Shown: positions 14,039 through 28,301, numbered from the whole stretch's first letter. The stretch: DNA of 63,989 bases, filler included, from Octopus bimaculoides (GCF_001194135.2; 5 parts of 5 records of this genome joined end to end with filler, not necessarily neighbours in it), one strand, 5' to 3'. A program made the numbers and translations. The notes: a model not told the origin generated them from the letters alone.

Positions 14039-16914
14039 NNNNNNNNNNNNNNNNNNNNNNNNNNNNNNNNNNNNNNNNNNNNNNNNNNNNNNNNNNNNNN
14101 NNNNNNNNNNNTCCCTTGGCAAACAGGACACAGTCGTGTGTCGATAAGCCAGCTGGAGGAGATGTCCTCCTGGGGCTAAAAGCAACAGTAACATCCACCC
14201 CTAGGGGTCAGCCACACTTAAGTGGCAATATACTACACTTTATATATATATATATATATATACACACTTATACATACATATATGTATGTATATATAAATA
14301 TACACATACTTACACATATATACATACATACATACACATATATGGACAATACCAAGTGGACACCCACTTGTTCTCTCTCACGTTTCTCTCTCTTTTACTT
14401 TTTTCTTGGTGATTTCTTCTTTGTGATATAATGCTTGGGAAAGAACACATTTGCGGCTGAAGATAGCTTTATACCATCCTGTCTATCAATTATATACCCA
14501 TATAATGATGCAATGACTGTTTGTGCATAAAGCTTGAAACACGTGTACCGCGGAAACTTTTGTGTTCTGTTTTAATTTTACGNNNNNNNNNNNNNNNNNN
14601 NNNNNNNNNNNNNNNNNNNNNNNNNNNNNNNNNNNNNNNNNNNNNNNNNNNNNNNNNNNNNNNNNNNNNNNNNNNNNNNNNNNNNNNNNNNNNNNNNNNN
14701 NNNNNNNNNNNNNNNNNNNNNNNNNNNNNNNNNNNNNNNNNNNNNNNNNNNNNNNNNNNNNNNNNNNNNNNNNNNNNNNNNNNNNNNNNNNNNNNNNNNN
14801 NNNNNNNNNNNNNNNNNNNNNNNNNNNNNNNNNNNNNNNNNNNNNNNNNNNNNNNNNNNNNNNNNNNNNNNNNNNNNNNNNNNNNNNNNNNNNNNNNNNN
14901 NNNNNNNNNNNNNNNNNNNNNNNNNNNNNNNNNNNNNNNNNNNNNNNNNNNNNNNNNNNNNNNNNNNNNNNNNNNNNNNNNNNNNNNNNNNNNNNNNNNN
15001 NNNNNNNNNNNNNNNNNNNNNNNNNNNNNNNNNNNNNNNNNNNNNNNNNNNNNNNNNNNNNNNNNNNNNNNNNNNNNNNNNNNNNNNNNNNNNNNNNNNN
15101 NNNNNNNNNNNNNNNNNNNNNNNNNNNNNNNNNNNNNNNNNNNNNNNNNNNNNNNNNNNNNNNNNNNNNNNNNNNNNNNNNNNNNNNNNNNNNNNNNNNN
15201 NNNNNNNNNNNNNNNNNNNNNNNNNNNNNNNNNNNNNNNNNNNNNNNNNNNNNNNNNNNNNNNNNNNNNNNNNNNNNNNNNNNNNNNNNNNNNNNNNNNN
15301 NNNNNNNNNNNNNNNNNNNNNNNNNNNNNNNNNNNNNNNNGTGATGGTGGTGGTGGTGGTGGTGGTGAGGGAGGTATCCTGGTGGTTGGTGTTTTGCTTA
15401 TGGTGTTGGCAATGATGGTGAGGGGGCTACACTGGTGGTGGTAGTGGTGGTTGTGATGGTGATGGTGGTGGTGGTGGTGATCATGGTGTTGGTAATGGTG
15501 ATGATGGTTGTGGTAGTGAGGATTATAGTGGTGGTGATGGTGGTGGTGGTAGGTGTTATTGCATTTGGTTTTTGTGGTGGTGGTGGCAGGGTTTGTAGTT
15601 GACTATGGTGGCGGTGGCATGTTGGTGATTATAGTGGGAGCTGTAATGGTCGTGAATGAGGTGAAACTTCGACCATCTTTCTTACATCTACAAATTGTGT
15701 AGAAGCATGGTATAACACACCTATATCACAAAATTACATGCGCATATATATTTAAATGATAAACTTCTGGAAAGTTTTACAAATTTTTGCAGTTCCAGTG
15801 ATGGATTGGATCTGTAGTCTTCAAATCAGCTCTCTCCTTTCTGATTCTGAGAAGCCTAATTCTTCAAGATTGGTATTTAGGCAGTGTGTTACATATCCTG
15901 TATGTATGTATGTATGTACATACGTACGTATGCTCACACTCACAGCTATATATAAATGTAATATTTAGTTATGGTAATCAATAGAAATAATAGAAAACAG
16001 CAAAACACTTCCTGCTGGCTGGCAGGCAGGCTGGTGGGAATCAATATTATTATTAGAGTTAAATTTATTGATCATGTCAGAGTTGAGCGAGACTTCACAT
16101 ATCAACATCATGGCATATTCTTGTGTAAATCGGTTGAAATACTCTAAACGTATCAACCTCATCAAAGGGAAGTAACTCTCTAAACAAAAACAACAAAAAG
16201 AAAAATAGGTTAATACAGAAATCAATACAGACAGATCAATACCGTGAATACCAAACTAATTACATTAATCAATATAAAGAAAGGACTAAAACTTCTTGAA
16301 GGTTCTGCCCCAGCTTGGCTAAAGGCCAATGGCTGATGCCAGTGAGTGAATAAAGAATAAAGGAATATAATTGGTTAATTTCCTAGAATGTGGTTGGATT
16401 CAATCCAAGAATCCAGTATTAGGTGCTAGAACAGTGTTGATTGTAATCGATTAGTTATTGATTTCGACCAATCTTCAAAGATTCTTATTGATTTGGGATC
16501 CCTTTTTGAACCACGTTGAAGAATATGTTCCATAGTTTTAATTAAGTCTGCAAACAAAAATGGAAAATCTTACGCTTCTCCTCTTTCGACTCCTTTCAGT
16601 TATTAGGCTAGGACCATCCAGGGGTATTGCTTTGTATGGTCGCAGTCGATGGTATTGATTCCCTCACACCCCTCACCTCACCCGGGTGCTTATTTTGAAG
16701 TCTATAACTCATCAATATCTATTTGTAGTGCCACTAAATTACAATATGGAATGGGATGCACCATGTTGTTTCTTTTTTTTTAAGAAACACCAATATGCCA
16801 ATATTAAGACAAACAGACAGACACCTAAATACACACATGCACGCACGCATACATGCGCATGCACGCATACATGCGCATGCACGTATTTATGCATACTGGA
16901 TGGCAGCGCTAAGC

Positions 16915-17156
16915 AGTGGTCTTTTGTATCTATTCTCTTTCTTGTTTCAGTTATTAGACTGTGGCCATGCTGGGGCATTGCCTTGAAGAACTTTTGAGTC
17001 AAATGAATCGATTCCACTACTTAATTTCCTGCTAAGCCTGTTACTTATTCCATTGGACCCCTTTGCTGAACTGCTAAGTTACAGGAACCCAAACACACCA
17101 ACACTGGTTGTAAAACAGTGGTTAGGGAGAAACACGCACACACACACACATACAGG

Positions 17157-17208
<52 letters not shown>

Positions 17209-17491
17209 AGTATGTATATATATATATATATATATATATNNNNNNNNNNNNNNNNNNNNNNNNNNNNNNNNNNNNNNNNNNNNNNNNNNNNNNNNNNNNN
17301 NNNNNNNNNNNNNNNNNNNNNNNNNNNNNNNNNNNNNNNNNNNNNNNNNNNNNNNNNNNNNNNNNNNNNNNNNNNNNNNNNNNNNNNNNNNNNNNNNNNN
17401 NNNNNNNNNNNNNNNNNNNNNNNNNNNNNNNNNNNNNNNNNNNNNNNNNNNNNNNNNNNNNNNNNNNNNNNNNNNNNNNNNNNNNNNNNNN

Positions 17492-17533
<42 letters not shown>

Positions 17534-17697
17534 TAAGTTATGGGGACGTAAACACACCAACATCGGTTGTCAACTGATAGTTAGGGGAGGGAGGGTCAAA
17601 CACAGACTCACAAATACATACATACACACGATGGGCTTCTTTCAGTTTCCATCTACCAAATCCACTCACAAGGCTTTGGTTAGCCAGAGGCTCATGA
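16915..17697 (-). mobile_element. Family A SINE segments around a gap
   Basis: Tail at 16915-17150, then microsatellite and gap, then body and head at 17530-17697. Further fragments occur at about 47-100, 360-560, 737-897, 2100-2220, 3590-3750, 9635-9880, 30330-30545, 36940-37110, 41823-41995 and 46050-46410. Confidence 0.78.
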
Positions 17698-17729
17698 CCA
17701 AGGGAGACCATTGCTGACTTTCATCTAAA

Positions 17730-18588
17730 TTATGCAAAATGGAAATAACACTGACATCTCGTTTTAACAGACATATTTACCAAAATTACATAAAAATATC
17801 TTGAAATACTAAAGAGTAAATTTATTCAATAAAATCGTCATTGGTTTTAACCATGGCCTCCAGACTTCAGAAATTCCTGCAGCTTTTCTGGACTGTCCCC
17901 TTGTTTAAGTTGGTGAATGCTGTCACAATCCTTTCCTTCAGTTCATCTTTGGTGTTGCAAGGAGTTTTGTTGGTCTCTCACTCAGCTGCACCCCACACAT
18001 AATAATAAAGGGAGCTGCAGTCTGGGGAGTCAGGCGGCCAAATGTTAGGGGTGATGTGGTCACAGAAATTGTCTGACAGCCATGACTGGGTTCTCCTTCT
18101 TGTGTGGCATGGTGCAGAGTCTGGTTGCCAGATATAGGGTCTTCCAGCAGCCAGCCTCTTGATCCAGGGCAGCACTACATCCTCCAAGTACTTGATGGAG
18201 ACCTCTGTGTTGAGTCTGAGGCTGTGTGGGAAGACGATTGGAGGTATAGCATCGCCATCACTAGTGATCACTCCAGACACCATGATGTCGACTTTTTAAT
18301 GTTTAATTTTTATCATTCTCAGTACATATCTTCAGATCGCACTTTCCTCAAATTGACACCCAAACACTCTGAAATGTTTGTATTGGAGCTTCTGGCATGA
18401 ATGCTGAGCAGTATTGCATGTTGTTTCCAAATTTCTGGCTGAGTGAATTCCATCATGATGCGGTTATTCTTAGAGATGGTGCCCAACTGACCCTACTATA
18501 CTGAGTAGTCGACAAAATCAAAAACAAACAATGCACTTGCGGGAAATTAAAAATATATGGTGACAATTTACCCATCGCTCGCTGTATA
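17730..18588 (-). mobile_element. Degenerate Tc1/mariner, DD37D (maT-like)
   Basis: ORF 17978-18283: ...YIWQPDSAPCHT...IWPPDSPDCSSLYYYVWGAAE, with 37 residues between the second D and the mutated third D position. The end at about 18545-18588 is homologous to the TIR-like end at 56760. Confidence 0.85.
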
Positions 18589-18618
18589 TACATATAATGG
18601 TTTGTGTGTGTGTGTGTC

Positions 18619-18661
<43 letters not shown>

Positions 18662-19592
18662 GTATGTTTGTATTTACTAGCCTTGACAGTATAATCATTG
18701 TAAACGAGTATCACTATCATAATCAATGTCATACATTTCCAATATCCTGTGGAAGCATGTCTGTTTTACGGGGAAATATTACTTTACTTGGCAGCAGGTG
18801 TGGGTTGGTGACAAGAAATACATCTGGCTTGTTAAAAATCTGCTTCAACAGATTCCTCCTGACCCATAAAATAATGGGAAAGTGAACAGTAAATACATAT
18901 ATGTGTGTTAAGACTTAGCTCTTATTTCTAGCAGGTAGATGCTTATTAAACATCATTACACTTCGTGCAAATTTATAATTCATAGCTATTTAAAGCTATT
19001 ATAACTGCGATCCACCCATGCCACTACTGGTGATATCTTCAAATTTAGAATTTATCCACAGATGATATGAACAATAGTGACATCTAACTTCAAATCTCAG
19101 TGTTTGAATGTTTCATTTATATATATATATATATCTGTTAAAGTCTGTCACACCGGCCATGATGAAATACCACAAGGTATAGAAAATATGAAATACCACA
19201 AGGTATAGAAAATACATATTCGCCTTTATATATTTATATATTTAATCCTTTATATTGAACACTCAATATTTCATCTATTCAATAAGACATATTCCATATA
19301 TTCAATAAGACATTCAATACTTCATTTCATAGTACCATCCATTTTTATTTTATATTATATATTATATATTATATTATATATTGTATATTCCATATTCTAT
19401 ATCCCACATTGGTTTTGCAGGAATATAAATAAAACATAAAAAAACAGACAGTGTTGGAACCCTTTTAAACAAAATAATATATTCCTCTATACACAATCAT
19501 ACAAAACCCCCTTTTTTTGTATTTATTTTTACTCGCATATATAAAAATAAATATATATATGTATATATATATATGCATGCATGCATGTATGA

Positions 19593-19623
<31 letters not shown>

Positions 19624-19681
19624 TATATATTTATGTGTGTATGTATGTGTGCATACATGTATGTATTATGTATGTGTTTGT

Positions 19682-20060
19682 GGAGGCGCAATGGTCCAGT
19701 GGTTAGGGTAGTGGACTCGCGGTCATAGGATCGCAGTTTCGGTTCCCAGACCGGGCGTTGTGGGTGTTTATTGAGTGAAAACACCTAAAGTTCTACGAGG
19801 CTCCGGCAGGGGATGGTGGCGAATCCTGCTGTACTGTTTCACCACAACTTTCTCTCACTCTTTCTTCCTGTTTCTGTTGTGCCTGTAATTCAAAGGGTCA
19901 GCCTTGTTACATTCAGTGTCACGCTGAATATACCCGAGAACTACGTTAAGGGTACATGTGTCTGTGGAGTGCTCAGCCACTTGCACGTTAATTTCACTAA
20001 CAGGCTGTTCCATTGATCGGATCAACTGGAACCCTCGACGTCGTAAGCGACAGAGTGCCA
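19682..20060 (+). mobile_element. Full-length tRNA-derived SINE (family C)
   Basis: GGAGGCGCAATGGTCCAGTGGTTAGG...GGTTCCCAGACCGGG head with A/B boxes. The body is shared with 2590-2975(-) and 25880-26145(+). Confidence 0.85.
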
Positions 20061-20100
20061 GCTACAACCTATGTATGTGTTTGAATATGTGTGTGTGTGT

Positions 20101-20144
<44 letters not shown>

Positions 20145-20635
20145 CAGCCTGCTGGCAACATTTTTCATCTTATAAGGGTAAAATATTCAATCTTTCTGCT
20201 GTTTTCACATCTATACTCTGTTCAAAATGTACTTCCTTGTCTCTGATATATGTGTGTGTGTGTGTGTGTGTCTATTTTAGAATTAGACACTTGAAGCTTT
20301 TAGCCTTTACTTTCTTCTTTCTTTAAGATGAAAGAATTCAGTTATTTTGATCTTTTCCCAAACACAGACAATTCTTTTATCCTTTGTAAGTGATGTCACT
20401 ACCATCTCTTTCAATATGTTCGTCCTCTCTCTTCACTATTATAGTCATCTTGCTTATTGCCATCATTATCATCATCATCATTATTTTCATTACCATTTTC
20501 TCTCAATTCTGTTTTCCATTTCTTGTCGAGAGTCTTCCTGACACCTAGGGCAAAGAACCGCACTGTATACATTGGTAGGCCATTAAAATAAACACACCAA
20601 ATTGTCCATATTATTATTATCATTATTACTATTAG

Positions 20636-20775
20636 TGAAGATGCATGGCGCAGTGGTTAGAGTGTCGAGCTTACGATCGTGAGGTTGTGAGTTCGAATCC
20701 CGGACCGGGCTGCGTGTTGTGTTCTTGAGCAAGACACTTTATTTCACGTTGATCCTGTTCACTCAGCTGTAGAAA
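20636..20775 (+). mobile_element. 3'-truncated tRNA-derived SINE head
   Basis: TGGCGCAGTGGTTAG (A box) ... GTTCGAATCCC (B box), followed by the TTGAGCAAGACACTTTATTTCACG body. Confidence 0.8.
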
Positions 20776-21104
20776 TATATAGCCTTTCTATGTCAGATTT
20801 TGGGTGGTGCATCCTATATCCTGTCATTATTTTTCTTGTTTTCCTGTCTATTTTACATAGTTCGTTTAGTGTCCAGTTAAGGATGTTGTAGCTGTAGCTT
20901 ATAACTGGGACAGCTAAAGTGTTGATACCCATTATCTTGTTTTTAGCATTGAGCTCTGTTTTTAGTATTGATCTAACTCGTCTATAGTACTCTTTCTTTA
21001 TTTTTTCTTTCATTTGTGTATGTTGTATCCTATCTAGTTCATTGACTCCTAAATACTTATATGGTTGGCTTTCGTCTAGTTCTCTTATTTCATTGGCTTT
21101 ATCT
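20776..21104 (-). mobile_element. R4/Dong-like reverse transcriptase C-terminal fragment
   Basis: ELDESQPYKYLGVNE...KEYYRRVRSILKTELNAKNKIMGINTLAVPVISYS...IDRKTRKIMTGYRMHHPKSDIERLY. Confidence 0.85.
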
Positions 21105-21204
21105 NNNNNNNNNNNNNNNNNNNNNNNNNNNNNNNNNNNNNNNNNNNNTTAATTAATTAANNNNNNNNNNNNNNNNNNNNNNNNNNNNNNNNNNNNNNNN
21201 NNNN
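21105..21204. other. Artificial 100-bp spacer N44-TTAATTAATTAA-N44
   Basis: Exact 44+12+44 layout, repeated four times in the window. Confidence 0.96.
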
Positions 21205-22065
21205 CACACATTACTACTATTACTACATACACACACAGACACATACTATTACTACATGCACACACACACACAGACACATACTGCTACTACTACTACTACT
21301 ACTACTACATATACATACTGATACACACACACTACTACTACTACTACTGCTACTACTATACACACACACACACACATAACTACTATTACTACTACTACTA
21401 CTACTACTATTACTACTACTACTACTACTACACACACACACAGACGTGTGCACACCCGCATGCATACACACACACACACATAAAACACGCCTGTACAAAT
21501 TTCCGAGGGGATATCAACACTAAAACAACTCTATCGATCTCCATCAGTTTTATTATAACCTTGTACAGTATCCACATTTACTTCTGCAATCATTTCTCAA
21601 CTCTTGGGCACAAAGCTACTTTGTCACAGATTCCAATTGGTCTTACAATCCATTTCAGCTTCTTTACTACATTTTTTTCCCCTTTTTTTTTTGGTGTTGT
21701 TGTTGGTGTTGGTGTAAATTTTTTTTGTTCTTGTTTATTCTGTTTGATGTATTTATTATTACATTTTTTTTTGGTTTTTGTTTCTTTTTTCCTTCTTCCT
21801 CCAATTTTCAGCTTGGTAAACCAGGTTTCTGTCACATATGTCTGTTGCCAAACAATCTAGAAAGCTAGCCAGGAATACATCAGGTTACCGAGGGTGGGGG
21901 TGGAAACTGTACTGCAAACTGTCGCTCGATCTAATAAATGTAGCTGTCAAATAGTTCTAAAGCAAAATGTTGGCCGAGCGCTACATTGGATTATGTAGTC
22001 CTAGATACATTATGTCTCAAAAAAAAAAAATTCTGTAAAGGCCACGAATCGAATATATCTGATCA

Positions 22066-22436
22066 TATACTCTTTTACTTGTTTCAGTCATTTGACTGTG
22101 GCCATGCTGGAGCACCACCTTCAGTCGAGCAAATCGATCCCAGGACTTATTCTTTGGAAGCCTAGTACTTATTCTATCGGTTTTTTGCCGAACCGCTAAG
22201 TGACGGGGACATAAACACACGCCATCGGTTGTCAAGCAATACTAGGGGGACAAACACAGACACACAAACACATACACACACACATATATATATATACACA
22301 TATACGACGGGCATCTTTCAGTTTCCGTCTACCAAATCCACTCACAAGGCTTTGGTCGGCCCGAGACTATAGTAGAAAACACTTGCCCAAGGTACCATGC
22401 AGTGGGAGTGAACCCGGAATCATGTGGTTGGGAAGC
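22066..22436 (-). mobile_element. Family A SINE
   Basis: Reverse-complement homology to 23194-23597. Confidence 0.85.
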
Positions 22437-23193
22437 TGATGACAGGACAATTATGATTTGAATATCTTTAATCATAAGTCTACTGAACCAGTGCTGACCT
22501 GCAGAATATGGTGGCCTCAACTTGGGCCCAAAGCCAACAGACTTAAGAAAAGGAAGTTAGTCGATTACATCAACTCTAGGGGTTAACTACTACTTTTATT
22601 TCAACCCCGGAAGATGAACGACAAAGATGACCTCAGCGGGATTTGAACTCCAAGTTAAAAGCCGATGCAAATGCTTCACAACATTTTCCCCCGGCGCTCA
22701 AACGATTCTCTAATCAACTGACCTCCTTTCTTCAAAACTATGTGGCTTTATGCCTGCCTAAATTAGATGCATCATTTATAATCCCAGGTCAGCCCTGCCT
22801 ATCATCAAGTAAATTCTTATCAAGTATGTATGCCAACATTGATTACTGATTTTGTTGTAATAATTTTTGCTGATGCTTATCTCCAGGTCAGCACTGACCC
22901 AGCAGAGTCATAATTAGAGACATTCTAATTATGACTGTCCGATAACCATTAAGACATGTTTCACGCTTATTGGCCCTTATCTGTGAAGCATTATCTTAAC
23001 TCGGGTGCTTAACCTTAGAAACAAATATAGTGATATGTGATTCCTTTTATTTTTTTATTGTGAAATATAACCTAGTGGCGTTATGAATTAAAAACTTAAG
23101 TAAAATATACCTAAGATGGCTGCTGCATGTAAATTTATTAGTGAAAGTGGGCGTAAGGGGACCTGGAGTAAGAAAGAAATCGTTACTTTTTTA

Positions 23194-23597
23194 TAGGCGC
23201 AGGAGTGGGTGTGTGGTAAGTAGCTTGCTTAACAGCCACATGGTTCCGGGTTCAGTCCCACTATGTGACACCTTGGGCAAGTGTCTTCTACTATAGCCTC
23301 AGACTGACCAAAACCTTGTGAGTGGATTTGGTAGACGGAAACTGAAAGAAGCATATCGTATATATATATATGTTTGTGTGTTTGTGTTTGTGTTTGTCCC
23401 TCCACCATCGCTTGACAACCGATGCTGGTGTGTTTATGTCCCCGTAACATAGCGGTTCGACAAAAGTGACGATAGAATAAGTACTAGGCTTACAAAGAAT
23501 AAGTCCTGGGGTCGATTTCGTCGACTAAAAGCGCTGCGACAGCATGACCGCAGTCAAATGACTGAAACAAGTCAAAGAATTAAAGAATAAAAGAATA
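23194..23597 (+). mobile_element. Full-length tRNA-derived octopus SINE (family A, with internal TA/TG microsatellite)
   Basis: Head GTGTGGTAAG...GGTTCAGTCCC (A/B-box-like), body CTTGGGCAAGTGTCTTCTACTATAGCC, and tail ...GACTGAAACAAG...AAAGAATAAAAGAATA. Confidence 0.85.
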
Positions 23598-24864
23598 TGT
23601 AAAAAAATCCTTGAGTTATCTAATCAAATATTTCAACACCAAACTCCCTATTATGTTTTCGACCAACAAACGCACCTGAGCATTATATCCCTTTGTCACA
23701 CACGCACACACAGACACACATATATACTGACATTAAAAGACCGAGAGATAGAGAGAGAAATAAATATGAAAAGTAGACTTTTTTTTAAAACAAATTCCAC
23801 AATACATCATGCATACCAGCATCATCTTAGCTGTTAAGTTTTCGTACAGCAGACGTCTTTGCGTATTTTTTCCTAGTCAGTCACGCATACCAATACACAC
23901 ACACACACACACACGAGTGTGTATGTATAAGCATGTGTGAGTGTGTGTATATATATATGTGTGTATGTGTTTAAACGTGTGTGTGTATATACATATGTGT
24001 TTGTATAAACGTATATATATATATATATATATATATATNNNNNNNNNNNNNNNNNNNNNNNNNNNNNNNNNNNNNNNNNNNNNNNNNNNNNNNNNNNNNN
24101 NNNNNNNNNNNNNNNNNNNNNNNNNNNNNNNNNNNNNNNNNNNNNNNNNNNNNNNNNNNNNNNNNNNNNNNNNNNNNNNNNNNNNNNNNNNNNNNNNNNN
24201 NNNNNNNNNNNNNNNNNNNNNNNNNNNNNNNNNNNNNNNNNNNNNNNNNNNNNNNNNNNNNNNNNNNNNNNNNNNNNNNNNNNNNNNNNNNNNNNNNNNN
24301 NNNNNNNNNNNNNNNNNNNNNNNNNNNNNNNNNNNNNNNNNNNNNNNNNNNNNNNNNNNNNNNNNNNNNNNNNNNNNNNNNNNNNNNNNGTGTGTGTGTG
24401 TGTGTGTGTATACATATACATATATGTATGATATATATTAGATACTATATATATGTGTGTATGCATGTGTGTATGCATGTGTGTGTGTATGTGTGTGTAT
24501 GTGTGTGTGTATGTGTGTGTGTGTGTGCGTGTGTGTGTGTAGATATGAAATAAAGTCAGAGAGATGACGGAAAGCGGAATGATTGTACGGTTTTTTCTTT
24601 CACAAATGCCAGCATGCTTTCTTCAAGATGTATCATCTAAACGAGAGATTAATGAAGGAGCGAGAAGGCAGATTAGAGATTAGAGAACTTGTTTATACGG
24701 AAGCACGTAGGAAGTCAGATTGATGGGTGATTACCTCAGTTGATAAGGCCAGAAGTTGAGTTATATAGCGGAGCATCTAAACCGTCACCGTGTACTCCAA
24801 CTAACATTATCTCTATATATCATTACGTATATGTACATAAGACAAATATATAAATATGTGTGTT

Positions 24865-24904
<40 letters not shown>

Positions 24905-25288
24905 TATNNNNNNNNNNNNNNNNNNNNNNNNNNNNNNNNNNNNNNNNNNNNNNNNNNNNNNNNNNNNNNNNNNNNNNNNNNNNNNNNNNNNNNNNNNNNN
25001 NNNNNNNNNNNNNNNNNNNNNNNNNNNNNNNNNNNNNNNNNNNNNNNNNNNNNNNNNNNNNNNNNNNNNNNNNNNNNNNNNNNNNNNNNNNNNNNNNNNN
25101 NNNNNNNNNNNNNNNNNNNNNNNNNNNNNNNNNNNNNNNNNNNNNNNNNNNNNNNNNNNNNNNNNNNNNNNNNNNNNNNNNNNNNNNNNNNNNNNNNNNN
25201 NNNNNNNNNNNNNNNNNNNNNNNNNNNNNNNNNNNNNNNNNNNNNNNNNNNNNNNNNNNNNNNNNNNNNNNNNNNNNNNNNNNNNNNN

Positions 25289-25343
<55 letters not shown>

Positions 25344-26503
25344 AGAGAATGATTGAAGAGATGAAATAGTGGACGTCAAGTTATTTCGATGATGTCTCAG
25401 GATCGATCCTGAACGAAAACTAAAACCATATATAAGCATGACTATATGGACTTATGAAAGAATGAATGCACGTACACACGCACACACATACACACACTAA
25501 CACACACTCACGCCTAAATACACAGCCACACAAACGTGCGCACACACATAGATATACATGATTGTCAGTGTCTGTGTGTATATGTGTTTATACTCACACA
25601 CACACATACACACACATACACACACACTTACACACGCAGAAACATATTCTTAATGGAACCTTCAAAACGATATTTTTAAGTATATATTGACGCAGCTGTA
25701 TAATATATACTCGCTCAACGGCTCAGATATAACACACAACGGACAACATTTTCCGCTTCGAGTTTCCAACTGTTCGATAAACCGAATTACCAGGCATGCT
25801 AAATTAGTACTTAAGCGGTTGAATATTCCACAGACAGTGAAGATGCGTGACTTAATAGTTAGGGCATTCACTCCACAATCATATGCTTCTGATTTCGATT
25901 CCTGGCAGTGTATTGTGTTCTTAATTAAGACACTTTATTTCACGTTACTGGCAAAGATGTGTTGTACCTGTAATTTCAAAGGCCACCCTTGTCACATTCG
26001 GTGTGTCACACTAAATCGCTCTGAGAACTACGTTAAGGTTACCCGTATCTGTGGAATGCTCGGCCATTTTCACGTTAATTTCCCGGGCAAGCTATTCTGT
26101 CGATCGGATTAACTGGAACACTCGTGGTGATAACCGACAGAGAGACAAACCATTCCACAAACGTGTGTACTTTCGAAGTAATTCTCAGGCGGAACCAACG
26201 TGACAAGACCGTAACATTAGCTTTATAGATTACAGATATATCCCATCCAACGGGCTTCTATACAGATGCATCAATCCAATTTCTCTTGAACGATTGGCGT
26301 CGATCTGAGGCTGTAGAAAATGACACTTGCCCACGATGTCATTGAGCATACCGGGTGTGAGGCCTTCTGAGTTCGAGCGAAACTCCGAAAGCCTTCAACT
26401 ATAATACGTCTACACATCTGTATATCACACATATGTGAATATACACCTCTAAACACACACACATACACATACTCGTTCATTCACACGCACACATTACACA
26501 CAA

Positions 26504-26543
<40 letters not shown>

Positions 26544-26859
26544 TAGGCACACACTTCATTTTTGTATCTGGTTTGCACGGTTCTTTATTTGAATTCGTGT
26601 GTTGAAACACATCTTGTTGTGTCTGGGGAGAGGCATACTGCCTTAAAGCCCTAATATCTAACACACTCACCGGATCAACTTCTACTCATTCATTATTTAT
26701 ATTTTTTCTTTTCCAAAATGCTCGTTGCTTTCGCAACCTTGTCGATGAATGTTGACAAGCAACGAAAATCTTGGAAAGAAAAAATATAAATAATAAATGA
26801 GTGGAAATTGAACGGGTGAGTGTGTTAGATATTAAAGCAGTATGGCTCTCCCTAGACAC

Positions 26860-26918
<59 letters not shown>

Positions 26919-27260
26919 ACACAAGTTTATATTATACTTCCTAACCGAGTTTTACCTTTATGGTTGTTCTAAACACATTTTGATGCTCAGCCACTACAGA
27001 TCATCTGGGAACACTTTATTGCATTAAGTTACAGAACACTATGTCCCATAGTTGGACATAGTTACTTGTAAATTAATGCAATACAGTGTTCCCTGGTCAG
27101 CCGTAAATGCATTTGGAACACCTAGTGCGGGGCTTCAAAAGACTATAATGGTGAAATGCGAAAGGATGTATAATATAAAGTTGCATTTATTCTTAATTCT
27201 CCAACATATGCTCTGTAGTTCACGCGCGCGCGCGCATCCAGGTATATATATGTAAGTACA

Positions 27261-27321
<61 letters not shown>

Positions 27322-28206
27322 GAAATTTACAGAAAAACAAGACACGAAGACAAGTGTATTAGTTTAACGCTCGGGAAGTTGAGAAAAAAAATCTTTTACG
27401 TTTCGAGCCTACGCTCTTCAACAGAAAGGAACATGAATAAATAAACAGAGAATGAATAATAAAAAAAACTTTTGGAGCTAGCGGACAATCGAGTCAAGGT
27501 CACCGTTTTCTTCCTGGTTAGTTTGTTGTTCTTTTTTCTTTTTAATTAGCCATTACATCATTTCCAGCATTACCAAAATTACTTATAAGATAAACTGAAA
27601 AGACCGGCACTAAATAAGCTGTACGTATTCTAACAAGAAATGCGGAAACTTGCCAAGATTTCGAAGAGGTTATTTATTTTTAATAAAATTAATTATCTTG
27701 ATTTTATCTCTTTGTAGATTTCTGGCGAGTTTCTATTTATTTAAGTGTACTGGGCATTCATTGTTTTTCTTTTGTTGATATCTAACATCAAAGAGAATAA
27801 AGAATTTCAAAGAACGTTCTAAAGATTGGTTGCAAATTTATTTCCAAAATACAACCAATCACAGACCCATATGGATAATCATCTTATACTGTAGTTGCTG
27901 TAGTCATCTGTCAATGTCGGCCGGTTATGCTACATTTATTGCGTTACCTGTATGAATCAAATCTGAAATTTCAGTGAACGAGAGATAATTTGCACACGAT
28001 TGCTCGATCCGCTAAAAATAGTATGCAAAGCTGTATCGCATCACATGTTACCGTTTCAAATGAAAACGAGTAACGTTTGGAAAGGCTTTGACGCATTGTC
28101 TCAAAGTATGGCTAGATGGCTACGGCCGGAAAGCCTTTGTCCATATATCTAATTGATCACGGGAGCAACGAAGCCAAAGTTCTAGACAAAGAAACTGTTA
28201 CGTGTT

Positions 28207-28243
<37 letters not shown>

Positions 28244-28301
28244 ATACAAAGATGAGACAAGAACGCAAGACATCTAGACAACAAAACATCCAGACAGACG
28301 A

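Noticed and set aside
19160-19215. 26-bp direct tandem duplication (ATGAAATACCACAAGGTATAGAAAAT x2)
   Set aside because: An ordinary local duplication with only two units and no spacer structure.
19682-19760. tRNA gene
   Set aside because: The A/B boxes continue into a SINE body found in several copies, and no full cloverleaf is evident.
21149-21160. TTAATTAATTAA as a conserved motif, piggyBac TTAA sites or CRISPR-like repeat
   Set aside because: Always centred in exactly 44+44 Ns; it is an assembly linker.
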